A stretch of 64,000 nt of DNA from Bdellovibrio sp. (GTDB lineage: Bacteria > Myxococcota > SpSt-1050), in assembly GCA_020725805.1 (NCBI GenBank), contig DYEF01000046.1, positions 36,573 through 100,572 on the forward strand. The letters are read 5' to 3'. Below are positions 1 through 8,817 of the stretch, one piece after another. The translations under genes and the position numbers were made by a program. Below the pieces are notes generated by a model, which saw only the letters and a list, made by a program, of their open reading frames with translations, made no database searches and was not told where the DNA came from. Numbering within the stretch: the first letter of the stretch is position 1; the number at the start of each line of letters is the position of its first letter.

Positions 1-187
1 TCAGCAGAACGTCGGCAATCTTACCGGATTCATAAACCTCAGACCTGACCACGTTTCCGTTGAAGAAGAAGACCCTCATTGTGAATCTTCCTGATTTTAT
101 GTGCAGTATCCCTGATTTTCCCTGCTGTGCTATAAGCTGGAATATATCGGCGAGATTGAAATCCTTCAGTGAACCGGCAAGTGCCAT
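1..187 (-). CDS. DUF4388-like domain protein, N-terminal part only (gene runs off the left edge)
   Basis: Not in the ORF track. Hand translation of the minus strand from ATG at 187-185 gives MALAGSLKDFNLADIFQLIAQQGKSGILHIKSGRFTMRVFFFNGNVVRSEVYESGKIADVLL with no stop. The G-x-L-x-x-F-x-L-x-D-I-x-Q-L...G-x-L pattern is typical of DUF4388. Starts 4 nt after the stop of the upstream gene. Confidence 0.6.
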   Translation of the reverse strand, partial: MALAGSLKDFNLADIFQLIAQQGKSGILHIKSGRFTMRVFFFNGNVVRSEVYESGKIADVLL

Positions 188-191
188 AATA

Positions 192-2372
192 TCATTCCTT
201 CCTGAAGCAGGTCCTGATATTGATTATATATGCAATAAGTCCGCCGATTAAAAACGGACTCTTGAAGACTGTCTCAAAACCGGTCGTCGAAAAGTAGGGA
301 AGCGGGTTGGGGCGATTGAAAAAGAAGAACGAGATGAACCCTGTAACGGAGAAGAAGAGTATGAGCAACCCCTTTACCGGCTGGTTTTTGTGTATGAAAA
401 CCGTTCCGGGGATTACAAACGAGAGCATCCTGACGATTATGTTGTGAACGAACTGATAATTGGAAATTTCCTTGTCCTTCAGGAATCTGTTCTTCGGGTC
501 GGCCACATCTCTTCTGGTGAATATGTGAAAACACTGGGAGCACTCATCGTCACTGTGCAGTTCAGGACTGCAGACACTGCATACGGGTTTTCCGCATCTG
601 TGACATATATGCGATGTGCGGATATACCTTGAGAGCAGTCCGACACCGACAATCGTGATAACCATAATCAGGAGCCAGAAGAGCACATCGGATGTGAGAA
701 TCCCTCCGGTAATATAGTGCTCGAACGGCAGATACATACGTTTTTCCGGAAAAAGGTCTCCTTTAAGGATTCCTGCCGGGTCGATGTTGTATGAGGGCTC
801 GATGTCATATATGAATCTGTTGATATTCGGGCTGGAGTTTTTGAGAAGTGTGGAAACAAATTCTTCATTGAATCTCTTTGCCTCCGCAAGTTCCGAATTG
901 CTCTTGTCGAGCTCCTTCTTTCTCAGAAAGAGTCTGGAGATATTGTACCTTATGATTTCTGACTGGGGTTCGAGGTTGAGTGCGCTGTTGTACTGTGCAA
1001 GGGCTTCGTCGTATCTGTCTGTAATGAGATAGAGATTCCCCAGATTGTTGTATGCGGCAACGTTCGAGGCATTTGTCTCTATGGCCTTTTTGTACATCTT
1101 TTCAGCCAGCTCAAACTCGCCTTTTCTCTTGTTTATGAGCCCGTAGGTTACAAAGTCGTCGGTTCCCGCCTGACCCGATTCGATAATTTTTGAGAGTTTC
1201 TCGATTGAAGACTTGTCCTCGAATTTCAGGGCCTTGTAGGCATGCTGGGAGTCACTCTTGAAAAGATATAGCATTCTGTTGTAAAGCGAGAAATTGTACG
1301 GAAGAGCCGATATGAATATGATGAGGACAATCAGTATTATCTTCTCTCTCTTTGTGAGATAGAGCCAGAGGATTATGCTGCTGATGAAGAAGAAATGGAA
1401 GACCGAGAGAAACCTTATAATCATTGTAAAGAAGAGCGAGAGCCAGATTATATCGGAAAGAAAGGGGGACCTGCCCGAGGGAAAGAGGTGAGAGAGGTCG
1501 TGGAGAATCCTGTTTGCATTTCTCAGAAGTAGTGAGACGATAAAGAGCAGTGCCGTAACGGATATAATGAGCGAAATCAGTGTAAGGATATTCCCGATTA
1601 CGAGCGGGCCTGTAGTAATGGGGGTAAATGTCCTCTTCAGTCCTCCCCAGACGAGTGAAAGCGGCTTTGAGATATCTGTCTTGTTTATGGTCCAGTGAAG
1701 ATATGCACTGAAGAACCAGACTTCGTATATGTCTGGAGAGATTAGCATTGCTGCATCTGCGAGTTTCTGGGCGGTTACGAAGTCCTTTGCCTTCAGGGAG
1801 TTTTTTGCCTCGAGGATGAGTGAGAGAGATACCGGAGGTATGTCGGGTATCCCGCTGTTGAGTTTCTCTTCGGTAATCTTCTTTAGTTTTTCGTCTGATA
1901 GTGCAAATTCCCTTTTCTTGAGATTTTCGAGCCTTTCAAACCAGATAGCGCTTATCTCCGGAAGTCTGCTCTGAGGTATTCTGAGTTTTGTTATATCCAT
2001 TTCAGGGGGTGTCTGCTGGGGTGCTTCTTTTTTCTTCTCTTCTTCTGCAGTTTTTGTCCCCGCATCCGGCTGGGGCTTTGTCTCTCCCCTCGTTTCTTCG
2101 CCCGCCGCCTCTTTCTTCTTGTCCTCCTTCTTCTCTTCTTTCTTCTTTGGTGCGGGCCTGTCTCCTTCATCCACATACTCAAACGAACCCGACTGTGTCT
2201 CCTCCTCCTCTTCCTCTGTATGCTTCTTTGCGGCTTTCTTCTTTTCGGCCTTTTTCGGGGTATTCCATATCTCCTCTTCGCCTGTTGATTCCTCCTCCTC
2301 TTCCTGAGCAGATACGGGGCTATACAGCGCAATAAATGCCAGAATAGTAATTAATACAATGTAAATACGCAT
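192..2372 (-). CDS. Secreted/membrane TPR-repeat protein with Glu/Lys-rich N-terminal region, several TM segments and a Cys-rich zinc-ribbon-like insert
   Basis: Signal-like N-terminus MRIYIVLITILAFIALYSPVSAQ. EEEE/KKK low-complexity region. TPR-like AYNNLGNLYLITDRYDEALAQYNSALNLEP. Cys cluster HICHRCGKPVCSVCSPELHSDDECSQCFH between hydrophobic segments. Confidence 0.6.
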   Translation of the reverse strand: MRIYIVLITILAFIALYSPVSAQEEEEESTGEEEIWNTPKKAEKKKAAKKHTEEEEEETQSGSFEYVDEGDRPAPKKKEEKKEDKKKEAAGEETRGETKPQPDAGTKTAEEEKKKEAPQQTPPEMDITKLRIPQSRLPEISAIWFERLENLKKREFALSDEKLKKITEEKLNSGIPDIPPVSLSLILEAKNSLKAKDFVTAQKLADAAMLISPDIYEVWFFSAYLHWTINKTDISKPLSLVWGGLKRTFTPITTGPLVIGNILTLISLIISVTALLFIVSLLLRNANRILHDLSHLFPSGRSPFLSDIIWLSLFFTMIIRFLSVFHFFFISSIILWLYLTKREKIILIVLIIFISALPYNFSLYNRMLYLFKSDSQHAYKALKFEDKSSIEKLSKIIESGQAGTDDFVTYGLINKRKGEFELAEKMYKKAIETNASNVAAYNNLGNLYLITDRYDEALAQYNSALNLEPQSEIIRYNISRLFLRKKELDKSNSELAEAKRFNEEFVSTLLKNSSPNINRFIYDIEPSYNIDPAGILKGDLFPEKRMYLPFEHYITGGILTSDVLFWLLIMVITIVGVGLLSRYIRTSHICHRCGKPVCSVCSPELHSDDECSQCFHIFTRRDVADPKNRFLKDKEISNYQFVHNIIVRMLSFVIPGTVFIHKNQPVKGLLILFFSVTGFISFFFFNRPNPLPYFSTTGFETVFKSPFLIGGLIAYIINIRTCFRKE

Positions 2373-2426
2373 AACCAGAAATTCCTAATAACATAATAAG
2401 GGCTTTTTGTATAGTGTAAGTTGTGT

Positions 2427-3266
2427 TCAGATTGCAAATGTCTTTACTGAAAGGTCCTTGCTTATAAGCACTATGGTCCTGTCCGGTATTATCTCTTCCC
2501 TGTCCAGAAGTCCTTCCAGTGCCCCGCCGACCAGAGTTACGGCCCTGAAGTTTTTATGCTGCTCTGCCAGAATATCCGTATCTGTCCCCTTTGTCTTCTT
2601 TGCACAGAGCGGGCAATCCGGGATCGAACTGAATCTCCCGATATATAGAGGCTCTTTAACGGCAATGCCGACCATATAGTCGCCGCAGCTGATTACGGAG
2701 GTAAAACTGCATCTGGCCGAGTTGTCTGTACCGGAGATATCCTCAACGATTTTAATTGAACGGGTAACCGCATTTACTATTGATTCGCCCTTTATTTCGG
2801 GTCTGTCAAGGTCTCCTGTTCTGAACAACTCCGAGAGTATCAGATGGAAGAATAGCTCGCTGTCCGTCTCCCCCTGTATGTTTCGCATAAGAAAATCCGG
2901 GAGTTTGAAGAAAAGCTTCGTGTCTATCTTTGAAAAGTTGTATATGGAGCCGATATGGGCAAATACAAAATTGCGGAACCTGAAGGGATGGGTATTTTCT
3001 ATCTTGAAAAGACCGGTCTCGGCAATTCTTATATGGACGATTAGTGTATCCGATTTTACATCACGGGCGATATCGAAGCAGCTTTTATCGAGCCTCTGCC
3101 TGTTGAGGGGCTTTTTGAAAATCAGAGCCCTGAAGTCGTTGAAATAACCCATTCCGTAACCATCATAGCTGACCTCCGGGTCCGGTCTGTAGATATCCTT
3201 CTTGCTGTAAAGAAAACAGCTCAATCTGTCCGGATTGTTGCACATTACACCGAGGAGTCTGCACAT
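2427..3266 (-). CDS. Class II (Ntn-type) glutamine amidotransferase, YafJ-like
   Basis: N-terminal MCRLLG with catalytic Cys2, about 280 aa, as in class II GATase domain proteins. AAGGAGAG RBS upstream on the minus strand. Confidence 0.6.
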   Translation of the reverse strand: MCRLLGVMCNNPDRLSCFLYSKKDIYRPDPEVSYDGYGMGYFNDFRALIFKKPLNRQRLDKSCFDIARDVKSDTLIVHIRIAETGLFKIENTHPFRFRNFVFAHIGSIYNFSKIDTKLFFKLPDFLMRNIQGETDSELFFHLILSELFRTGDLDRPEIKGESIVNAVTRSIKIVEDISGTDNSARCSFTSVISCGDYMVGIAVKEPLYIGRFSSIPDCPLCAKKTKGTDTDILAEQHKNFRAVTLVGGALEGLLDREEIIPDRTIVLISKDLSVKTFAI

Positions 3267-3331
3267 AAACTCTCCTTCTCTTGAGGCCTAAAGATATTAA
3301 ATCAAACAGGATTTTGTTTCAAGAAAATAAG

Positions 3332-5860
3332 TTATTTTATCTTTTCGAACAGACGCTCTGCCTCGTCATTTATAGGTTTTTCGAGTTTGTCGATAGTGGG
3401 GGCAGATACAATTTTGACGCCCAGAAGGTCCGATGTCTTTGTGTCGAAGAGCTTCATCTTTATCTGGAGGTTTCTTCCGAACCGTCCGATCTCTCCCGAA
3501 ACTATATAGTCTGCGCCTATATTCTTTCCGGTCTCTACCTCGCACTCTCCCTCACAGCTTTCGAGATTCTTTCCGGGCGGCAGCAGCTGAAGAATACTCT
3601 CCCTTGTCATAACCATAAACTGGGTTCTCGAGAGCACCTCTCTTGCGGCCATTCTGACCATGTCGGTAATTGCCTGAGCCTCATAGGTTGTAATCTTTGC
3701 GAAATTCAGGAATTCGAGAACGGCCACCTTCTTCTTCTCCTTCGGTTCTTCCTTGACCACAGCCGCCTGCTGCCCTTTTATGGCAGTTGGTGTAATTGCC
3801 TGTGCATCCGTGCAGCTGACCTGAATACCGAGTTTGCAGGCCTGCTCGAAGGCCTTCTTTGCATTTTCAAGGTCGCCTGAGGCCTTGTAGGCAAGACCTA
3901 ATCTGTCCCAGAGATTTCCGTTCGACGGGACGATCTTTGTTGCCTGAACATAGAATTCTATTGCCTTCTTGTGATTTCCGCTCATAGCGTATTCGAAACC
4001 TGCCTCTTCGAGGGCCTTTGCGTGTTTCGGGTCCTTCTCCACGGCCTTGAGGAACTGGTCAAGGGCGTCTGCATATTTTGCCTGTCCCTGATAGATCTTT
4101 CCCTGCTGGTAAAAATAGTCTGCTGTTCCGGGCGTAAAGGTATTTACAGTTGGTGTTGCCGTCTGCTTGCCGGTCTTTAGTGTCTGTGCGTCGGTGCAGG
4201 AGGCCTGAATACCGAGTTTACATGCCTCATCGAAAGCCTTTATTGCCTCTGCCGTATTCCCTGCTGCTTTCTGGGCAAGTCCCAGCCTGTCCCAGAGATT
4301 TCCGCTTTTCGGGTTGAGTTTCAGTGCCAGATTGTAGTAGGAGATGGCAGTCTTGTTATCTCCCTTCATCGCAAATTCGAAACCGGCTTCTTCTAAGGCT
4401 GCGGCATTTTTCGGGTTAAGTTCCACGGCCTTGAGAAACATATTGAGCGCCTCTTCGTACTTTGCGGCGCTCTGGAGTTTCTTCCCTTCCTGATAATACC
4501 ATTCTGATGTGTTCGGCACAGCATTATTTGCAGTAGCCGCAGGTTGTGCCGCGCTCTGTGGTGTGGCAGTCCCTGCCGAACCTTTGAGCTGGTTGGCATC
4601 TGTGCAGGAGACCTGAATACCGAGTTTGCAGGCCTGCTCGAAAGCCTTTATTGCCTCCGGAATGTTGTTCATTGATTTGTACGCAAGTCCCATCCTGTCC
4701 CATGCTGTTGAGTAGGTAGGGGCTATCTGAAGTGCCTTCGAGTAGTAGGATATGGCGTCATTGTATTTTCCCTTCATTGCCAGTTCGAATCCAGCATCTG
4801 TGAGTGCCTGATAGTGATTCGGGTTTATGCTAATTGCCTTGAGAAACATATTGAGCGCCTCTTCGTACTTTGCGGCGCTCTGGAGTTTTTTGCCTTCCTG
4901 ATAATATGTCTCTGCCTGACTGAGTCCGGTGGCGGTCTGCTGCGGTTGTGCTACGGGTTGTGTTGTGGCAATTCCTGTCGAACCCTTAAGCTGGCTGGCG
5001 TCGGTGCAGGAGGCCTGAATACCGAGTTTGCAGGCCTGCTCGAAAGCCTTTATTGCCTCCGGAATGTTGTTCATTGATTTGTACGCAAGTCCCATCCTGT
5101 CCCATGCATTCGCCGCTGACGGGTTTACCTGTATAGCTTTTTTGTAGTAATCGATACCGGTCTGCGGTTTACCTGCCATGGCGTATTCATAGCCGGCCTC
5201 TTCAAGGGCGGCGGCGTGGGACGGATTTACGGAGATGGCCTTGAGAAACATATTGAGTGCATCAGTGTATTTTCCCTGACCCTGATAGATCTTTCCCTGT
5301 TTGTAGTAGTAATCTGCCGACCCGGGGGTGTAGGGATTTACTGTGCCGGACTGGGGCTGTGTGTTCTGAACAGGCTGGGCCGGTTGTTCCTGCTGATTGC
5401 TGAATGATTTGGTCTTCAGGTCGTCACAGGAAGCCTTTACACCGAGGTCACAGGCCTTCTGGAAATACATCTTTGCCTTCTCTTCGTTTCCGAGATTCCT
5501 GTATATAACACCTGCCGTATCATTTAATCCCGGGTAATTCGGTTTTATCTTGAGGGCCTTCTCGATATACAGTACTGCATCACTGTATTTGCCCTGCAAA
5601 TTATAGATTTCCGCGAGCCGTTTGAGTGAACCTAAGTGTTTGGGGTTTTTGTTCAGAGCCTTTTTGTAATTCTCTATGGCATTTTCCTTGAAGCCTCCGG
5701 TATACTGGTCCTCTGCAAGGATATAATAATCTTCCGCAGTCATTGTCGGCTTCGGCTTTGGTTTGGTCTGTTGGGTTTCTTCTGTCTGTGCATAAAGGAT
5801 GGATGAAAAAAGGAAGAAAAGGGCTAAGCAGATAAAAAACTTTACTTTCTGATGATACAT
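3332..5860 (-). CDS. Secreted TPR-repeat protein with six ~134-aa modules and a C-terminal CsgG/LpoB/TolB-N-like domain
   Basis: Signal peptide MYHQKVKFFICLALFFLFSSILYAQ. Repeated modules each end in AIKAFEQACKLGIQ(A/V)SCTDA. The C-terminal VAVLEF...GADYIVSGEIGRFGRNLQIKMKLFD resembles periplasmic CsgG/LpoB-type alpha/beta domains; this last call is by eye only. Confidence 0.65.
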   Translation of the reverse strand: MYHQKVKFFICLALFFLFSSILYAQTEETQQTKPKPKPTMTAEDYYILAEDQYTGGFKENAIENYKKALNKNPKHLGSLKRLAEIYNLQGKYSDAVLYIEKALKIKPNYPGLNDTAGVIYRNLGNEEKAKMYFQKACDLGVKASCDDLKTKSFSNQQEQPAQPVQNTQPQSGTVNPYTPGSADYYYKQGKIYQGQGKYTDALNMFLKAISVNPSHAAALEEAGYEYAMAGKPQTGIDYYKKAIQVNPSAANAWDRMGLAYKSMNNIPEAIKAFEQACKLGIQASCTDASQLKGSTGIATTQPVAQPQQTATGLSQAETYYQEGKKLQSAAKYEEALNMFLKAISINPNHYQALTDAGFELAMKGKYNDAISYYSKALQIAPTYSTAWDRMGLAYKSMNNIPEAIKAFEQACKLGIQVSCTDANQLKGSAGTATPQSAAQPAATANNAVPNTSEWYYQEGKKLQSAAKYEEALNMFLKAVELNPKNAAALEEAGFEFAMKGDNKTAISYYNLALKLNPKSGNLWDRLGLAQKAAGNTAEAIKAFDEACKLGIQASCTDAQTLKTGKQTATPTVNTFTPGTADYFYQQGKIYQGQAKYADALDQFLKAVEKDPKHAKALEEAGFEYAMSGNHKKAIEFYVQATKIVPSNGNLWDRLGLAYKASGDLENAKKAFEQACKLGIQVSCTDAQAITPTAIKGQQAAVVKEEPKEKKKVAVLEFLNFAKITTYEAQAITDMVRMAAREVLSRTQFMVMTRESILQLLPPGKNLESCEGECEVETGKNIGADYIVSGEIGRFGRNLQIKMKLFDTKTSDLLGVKIVSAPTIDKLEKPINDEAERLFEKIK
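3800..5480 (-). repeat. Intragenic in-frame tandem repeats (~402 nt unit) inside the TPR gene
   Basis: 4612-4705 is identical to 5014-5107 (94 nt, offset 402). 4428-4480 is identical to 4836-4888 (53 nt, offset 408). More diverged copies of ctgaataccgagtttgcaggcctgctcgaa lie near 3823 and 4206, and a degenerate one near 5430. Confidence 0.85.
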
Positions 5861-6047
5861 GATTCACCTCGGGTCTTTTGGGATATAGGTTATTGGCCGT
5901 ATCACCAGCCAGTTAGCACCCGATTAGTGCAATTGCAAATTTAAAAACGAATCTTTGGGATTCGGTTACACGCATACGCCGGACCTGTTTTTTCTTTTAT
6001 TCGGAATATTTGTCTGATATAGGTTTTTGTGTTCCTGGAGGGCAGAT

Positions 6048-6629
6048 ATGCTGATTATTGCAACTATTCTTACGACGGCATTTGCGTTTCTCTTTGCCTT
6101 TCTCTGGCTGAGCCAGAAGAGAGGATACGCCGGGATACGGATAGGCAGAAGGGGGGGTTCCGTTTTTGCGGCAGAGACATCATTCGGGGGCGATTTTGAA
6201 TTTGCAGAAAGTATTATTGGTCAGATAAATGACCTGAATGATTACAGGATATATCTTGTATGTTCGGGTGTGCCGGAAAGACCGCCGAATAAAAACATAT
6301 CGGACAAGGAGTACTTTGCAGGCAGGTTGAGTCCCGAAGAGACCGGAAGTCTTAAAATATACAGGCAGTTTAAGGATATTTCGTTCTTCTTCCTGAACGA
6401 AGAAGTGGAGGATACGGAGAAGATTCTTCTTACCCACGACCTTATTGTAAATTCGGCACAGATCCCCGACAGGGAACTCCTTCTGGAATCAGGTTTTATT
6501 GTTACCATCATATCCCGCAGCGATATTGTCGCGGTTACAGGGGTAAAGGGGGAGTTCGAGAAGATTCTCTTCGGAATCTCCGATTACTCTTTCTCCAAAG
6601 GCAGAAAGGTGATTCTCTCGAAGATGTAG
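6048..6629 (+). CDS. Hypothetical protein with N-terminal TM anchor
   Basis: ATG at 6048 is preceded by GGAGGG (6038-6043); the track start at 6027 is an upstream alternative codon. N-terminus MLIIATILTTAFAFLFAFLWL is hydrophobic. No recognisable motif. Confidence 0.5.
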   Translation: MLIIATILTTAFAFLFAFLWLSQKRGYAGIRIGRRGGSVFAAETSFGGDFEFAESIIGQINDLNDYRIYLVCSGVPERPPNKNISDKEYFAGRLSPEETGSLKIYRQFKDISFFFLNEEVEDTEKILLTHDLIVNSAQIPDRELLLESGFIVTIISRSDIVAVTGVKGEFEKILFGISDYSFSKGRKVILSKM

Positions 6630-6630
6630 C

Positions 6631-7374
6631 TTATCTGAAAAAGGTGAGAAAGAGACTCCTGAGACTCAGCAGAACAATGAGTAAACCCGTTAGTAGCATG
6701 ATTTTCCGGGAGGAAATTTTTTTACACAGGTAAGCCGCAAGAGGTGCCGAGGCAACCCCTCCCAAAATAAGTGCGATTACAGTTCTCAGGTCCAGATCCT
6801 TTACGAGAACAATAAAAACCCCTCCCTGTGCGACGGTGATAAAGAATTCTGCCAGATTGACCGAGCCTATTATTTTCCTCGGTTCATAACCTCTGGCCAT
6901 AAGTGTGGAGGTTACAATCGGGCCCCAGCCTCCTCCCCCGATTGCATCGAAGAACCCTCCGGCAAGTGCCAGAAAACCAGCCTTGTATTCTGTGGAGAGT
7001 GGTCTCTTCTTTCCGAAACTTCTGTACAGAATGATAAATCCCATTGCCAGAAGATATATCGAGACGAACGGTTTCATCTTTTCTGACGGCAGATTACAGA
7101 GGATAAAGGCACCGGTTACGGCGCCCGCACTTCCCGGGATCAGCAGTCTGACAAAGAGCTTCTTGTCCACGTTTCCGAATCTTAAATGACTTATTCCGGA
7201 AGCTGCAGAGACAAATATCTCGGAGAGGTGAACCGTGGCACTCGAAAGAACAGGTGTAAGACCGATACCTATGAGCATGCTGGAGGAGATCACCCCGTAA
7301 CCCATTCCGAGTGAGCCGTCGATAAACTCGGCGGCAAAACCAATAAGGAAGAATATTATCAGTCTTAAATTCAA
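6631..7374 (-). CDS. TSUP (TauE/SafE) family anion exporter/permease
   Basis: About 247 aa, polytopic, Gly-rich. N-terminal FLIGFAAEFIDGSLGMGYGV and internal LAGGFFDAIGGGGWGPI are typical of TauE/SafE family proteins. Confidence 0.7.
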   Translation of the reverse strand: MNLRLIIFFLIGFAAEFIDGSLGMGYGVISSSMLIGIGLTPVLSSATVHLSEIFVSAASGISHLRFGNVDKKLFVRLLIPGSAGAVTGAFILCNLPSEKMKPFVSIYLLAMGFIILYRSFGKKRPLSTEYKAGFLALAGGFFDAIGGGGWGPIVTSTLMARGYEPRKIIGSVNLAEFFITVAQGGVFIVLVKDLDLRTVIALILGGVASAPLAAYLCKKISSRKIMLLTGLLIVLLSLRSLFLTFFR

Positions 7375-7383
7375 GGGATTATC

Positions 7384-8631
7384 CTATCTGATTCTCACTT
7401 TTTTAATAAAGAAAGATGCCATAATCTGTTTGATTCTGTTTATGAGATGATATTTCTTCCACAGAAAGTCTCCGACCTCATCTCTTGCGGCAAAGACTTT
7501 TGACTCAAGCGGTGTAACAATTATACTGACATTAATCCCCGGGGCAAGCCCTACCGGGATATTGTTTTTTATCATACTTACATAGGCAAATCCGAGTATT
7601 TCGCTCATCGTCCCGAAAGACGGGGGTCTCTCTGTCTCCATATCGGACCCCTCAAGCGGCCTGAAGACACAGATCGTGGGGAATGCCCCCAGACCGGTAA
7701 TTCTCTGAATGATCTTTTTTGTCTCATCCGTACTCTCTATTCCGGCAATGATCTCTCCCGAGACAGAGCCGGCAGGGAAAATCCTTGCACAGTATTCTAT
7801 GGCATTAAGATATTCTCTGTGGCCTATATCAGCATATTTTCCGGGGCATACTTTTTTGAAATATTCTTCACTTCCGAATTCGATACAGAATGACATATGG
7901 TCAGCGCCGGCATCCCTTAATCTGTCATATACGGTTAGGTCTCCGAATGGCGGAAACTGAACACCTGTAAGGAGCCCGGTATTCTTCCTGATTTTACCTA
8001 TCAGCCCGATAAATTCTTTTGGATCCCTGATGGCATTGTATCCGCTGTTGAAGTGAACGAATGTTATATCGCACTCCTTCTTTGCCTCTTCGATTACTTC
8101 CAGAATATCGGTTTCGGATTTTTCGATCTCTTCGTTCTTACCTACATTTATACCTGTTGTACAGAATCTGCACCTTCTTGAGCTGTTCCCTTTCCAGAAT
8201 TCGCAGATCCCTCCGACATATACTGATAAAAGGCTTCCCTGCATTACCCCGATTCTCGACATCTGTTTCCCCGATGAGGTCTTCTTTTCATAAAAGGCGG
8301 GAGGGGTGAAGATTTCTATGTCAAAATCCGAAAACTGATTTAGTGTCTCGTTGACTACCCTTATTCTGCCGTCCTTTTGCGTGAGTATATAGGGCGATTC
8401 CTGTGCAAACTTCTCCCTGACAGGGGCATTTACGCGGATTATTTTGTCAAAAATCAGTTCGATTCCCGAACCGAGTCCCGCTCTTGTCCTGAAGATTCTG
8501 AGGGAGCTGTTCTCCCTGAGGGAGTCGTCGATTCTGAGTCCCTTGCAGAAGATGTCGAGTTTCAAAAGTATCGGATTTTTCAATATGTCTGATTGTGTTA
8601 TGCCGGTCATATTCTGCTTCCAGAAAGACAA
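7384..8631 (-). CDS. Radical-SAM-like protein with atypical Cys motif (C-x10-C-x2-C)
   Basis: GGICEFWKGNSSRRCRFCTTG, then radical-SAM-core-like elements: VHFNSGYN, GADHMSFCIEFGSEEYFKKVCPGK, GEIIAGIESTDET. The canonical CxxxCxxC is absent. Lies 9 nt upstream of the TSUP gene. Confidence 0.45.
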   Translation of the reverse strand: MSFWKQNMTGITQSDILKNPILLKLDIFCKGLRIDDSLRENSSLRIFRTRAGLGSGIELIFDKIIRVNAPVREKFAQESPYILTQKDGRIRVVNETLNQFSDFDIEIFTPPAFYEKKTSSGKQMSRIGVMQGSLLSVYVGGICEFWKGNSSRRCRFCTTGINVGKNEEIEKSETDILEVIEEAKKECDITFVHFNSGYNAIRDPKEFIGLIGKIRKNTGLLTGVQFPPFGDLTVYDRLRDAGADHMSFCIEFGSEEYFKKVCPGKYADIGHREYLNAIEYCARIFPAGSVSGEIIAGIESTDETKKIIQRITGLGAFPTICVFRPLEGSDMETERPPSFGTMSEILGFAYVSMIKNNIPVGLAPGINVSIIVTPLESKVFAARDEVGDFLWKKYHLINRIKQIMASFFIKKVRIR

Positions 8632-8817
8632 AAGAGTTCTTTACAAAGCAAAGCCATATTAGTCAAGGATTAATAAATGGTCCTTTGGATTCCCTGTAAA
8701 TTCCTGTAAGGGAAATCAGGAACCCGGCTCTTTTTGCCAAAGGGGAAAATAATGATGAAAATAATTGAATTGCCGGAATTATTCGGATAGTAATCATCAG
8801 AAGGGCGGTTTTGCGGT

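Noticed and set aside
1988-2335. ORFs 1988-2335 (+), 1991-2332 (-) and 2119-2307 (+) overlapping the 5' part of the 192-2372 gene.
   Set aside because: - They arise from the GAA/GAG/AAG-rich low-complexity region encoding the Glu/Lys-rich segment.
- Such repeats stay open in several frames.
- There is no independent start context or motif.
5928-5937. 10-bp palindrome TGCAATTGCA, plus a small hairpin (gaatctttgggattc, about 5951-5965), in the divergent region between the TPR gene and 6048-6629.
   Set aside because: - Both are short and occur in AT-rich DNA with no flanking conservation that I can assess.
- The probability of chance occurrence in 64 kb is not negligible.
8752-8790. 12-codon ORF MMKIIELPELFG with an AGGGG upstream, in the gap before the polyprenyl synthase. 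Considered as a leader peptide or RiPP precursor.
   Set aside because: - It is very short with a weak SD.
- It is not coupled to a downstream start, since the synthase ATG is 28 nt further on.
- Nothing resembles a core peptide, and it is indistinguishable from chance.
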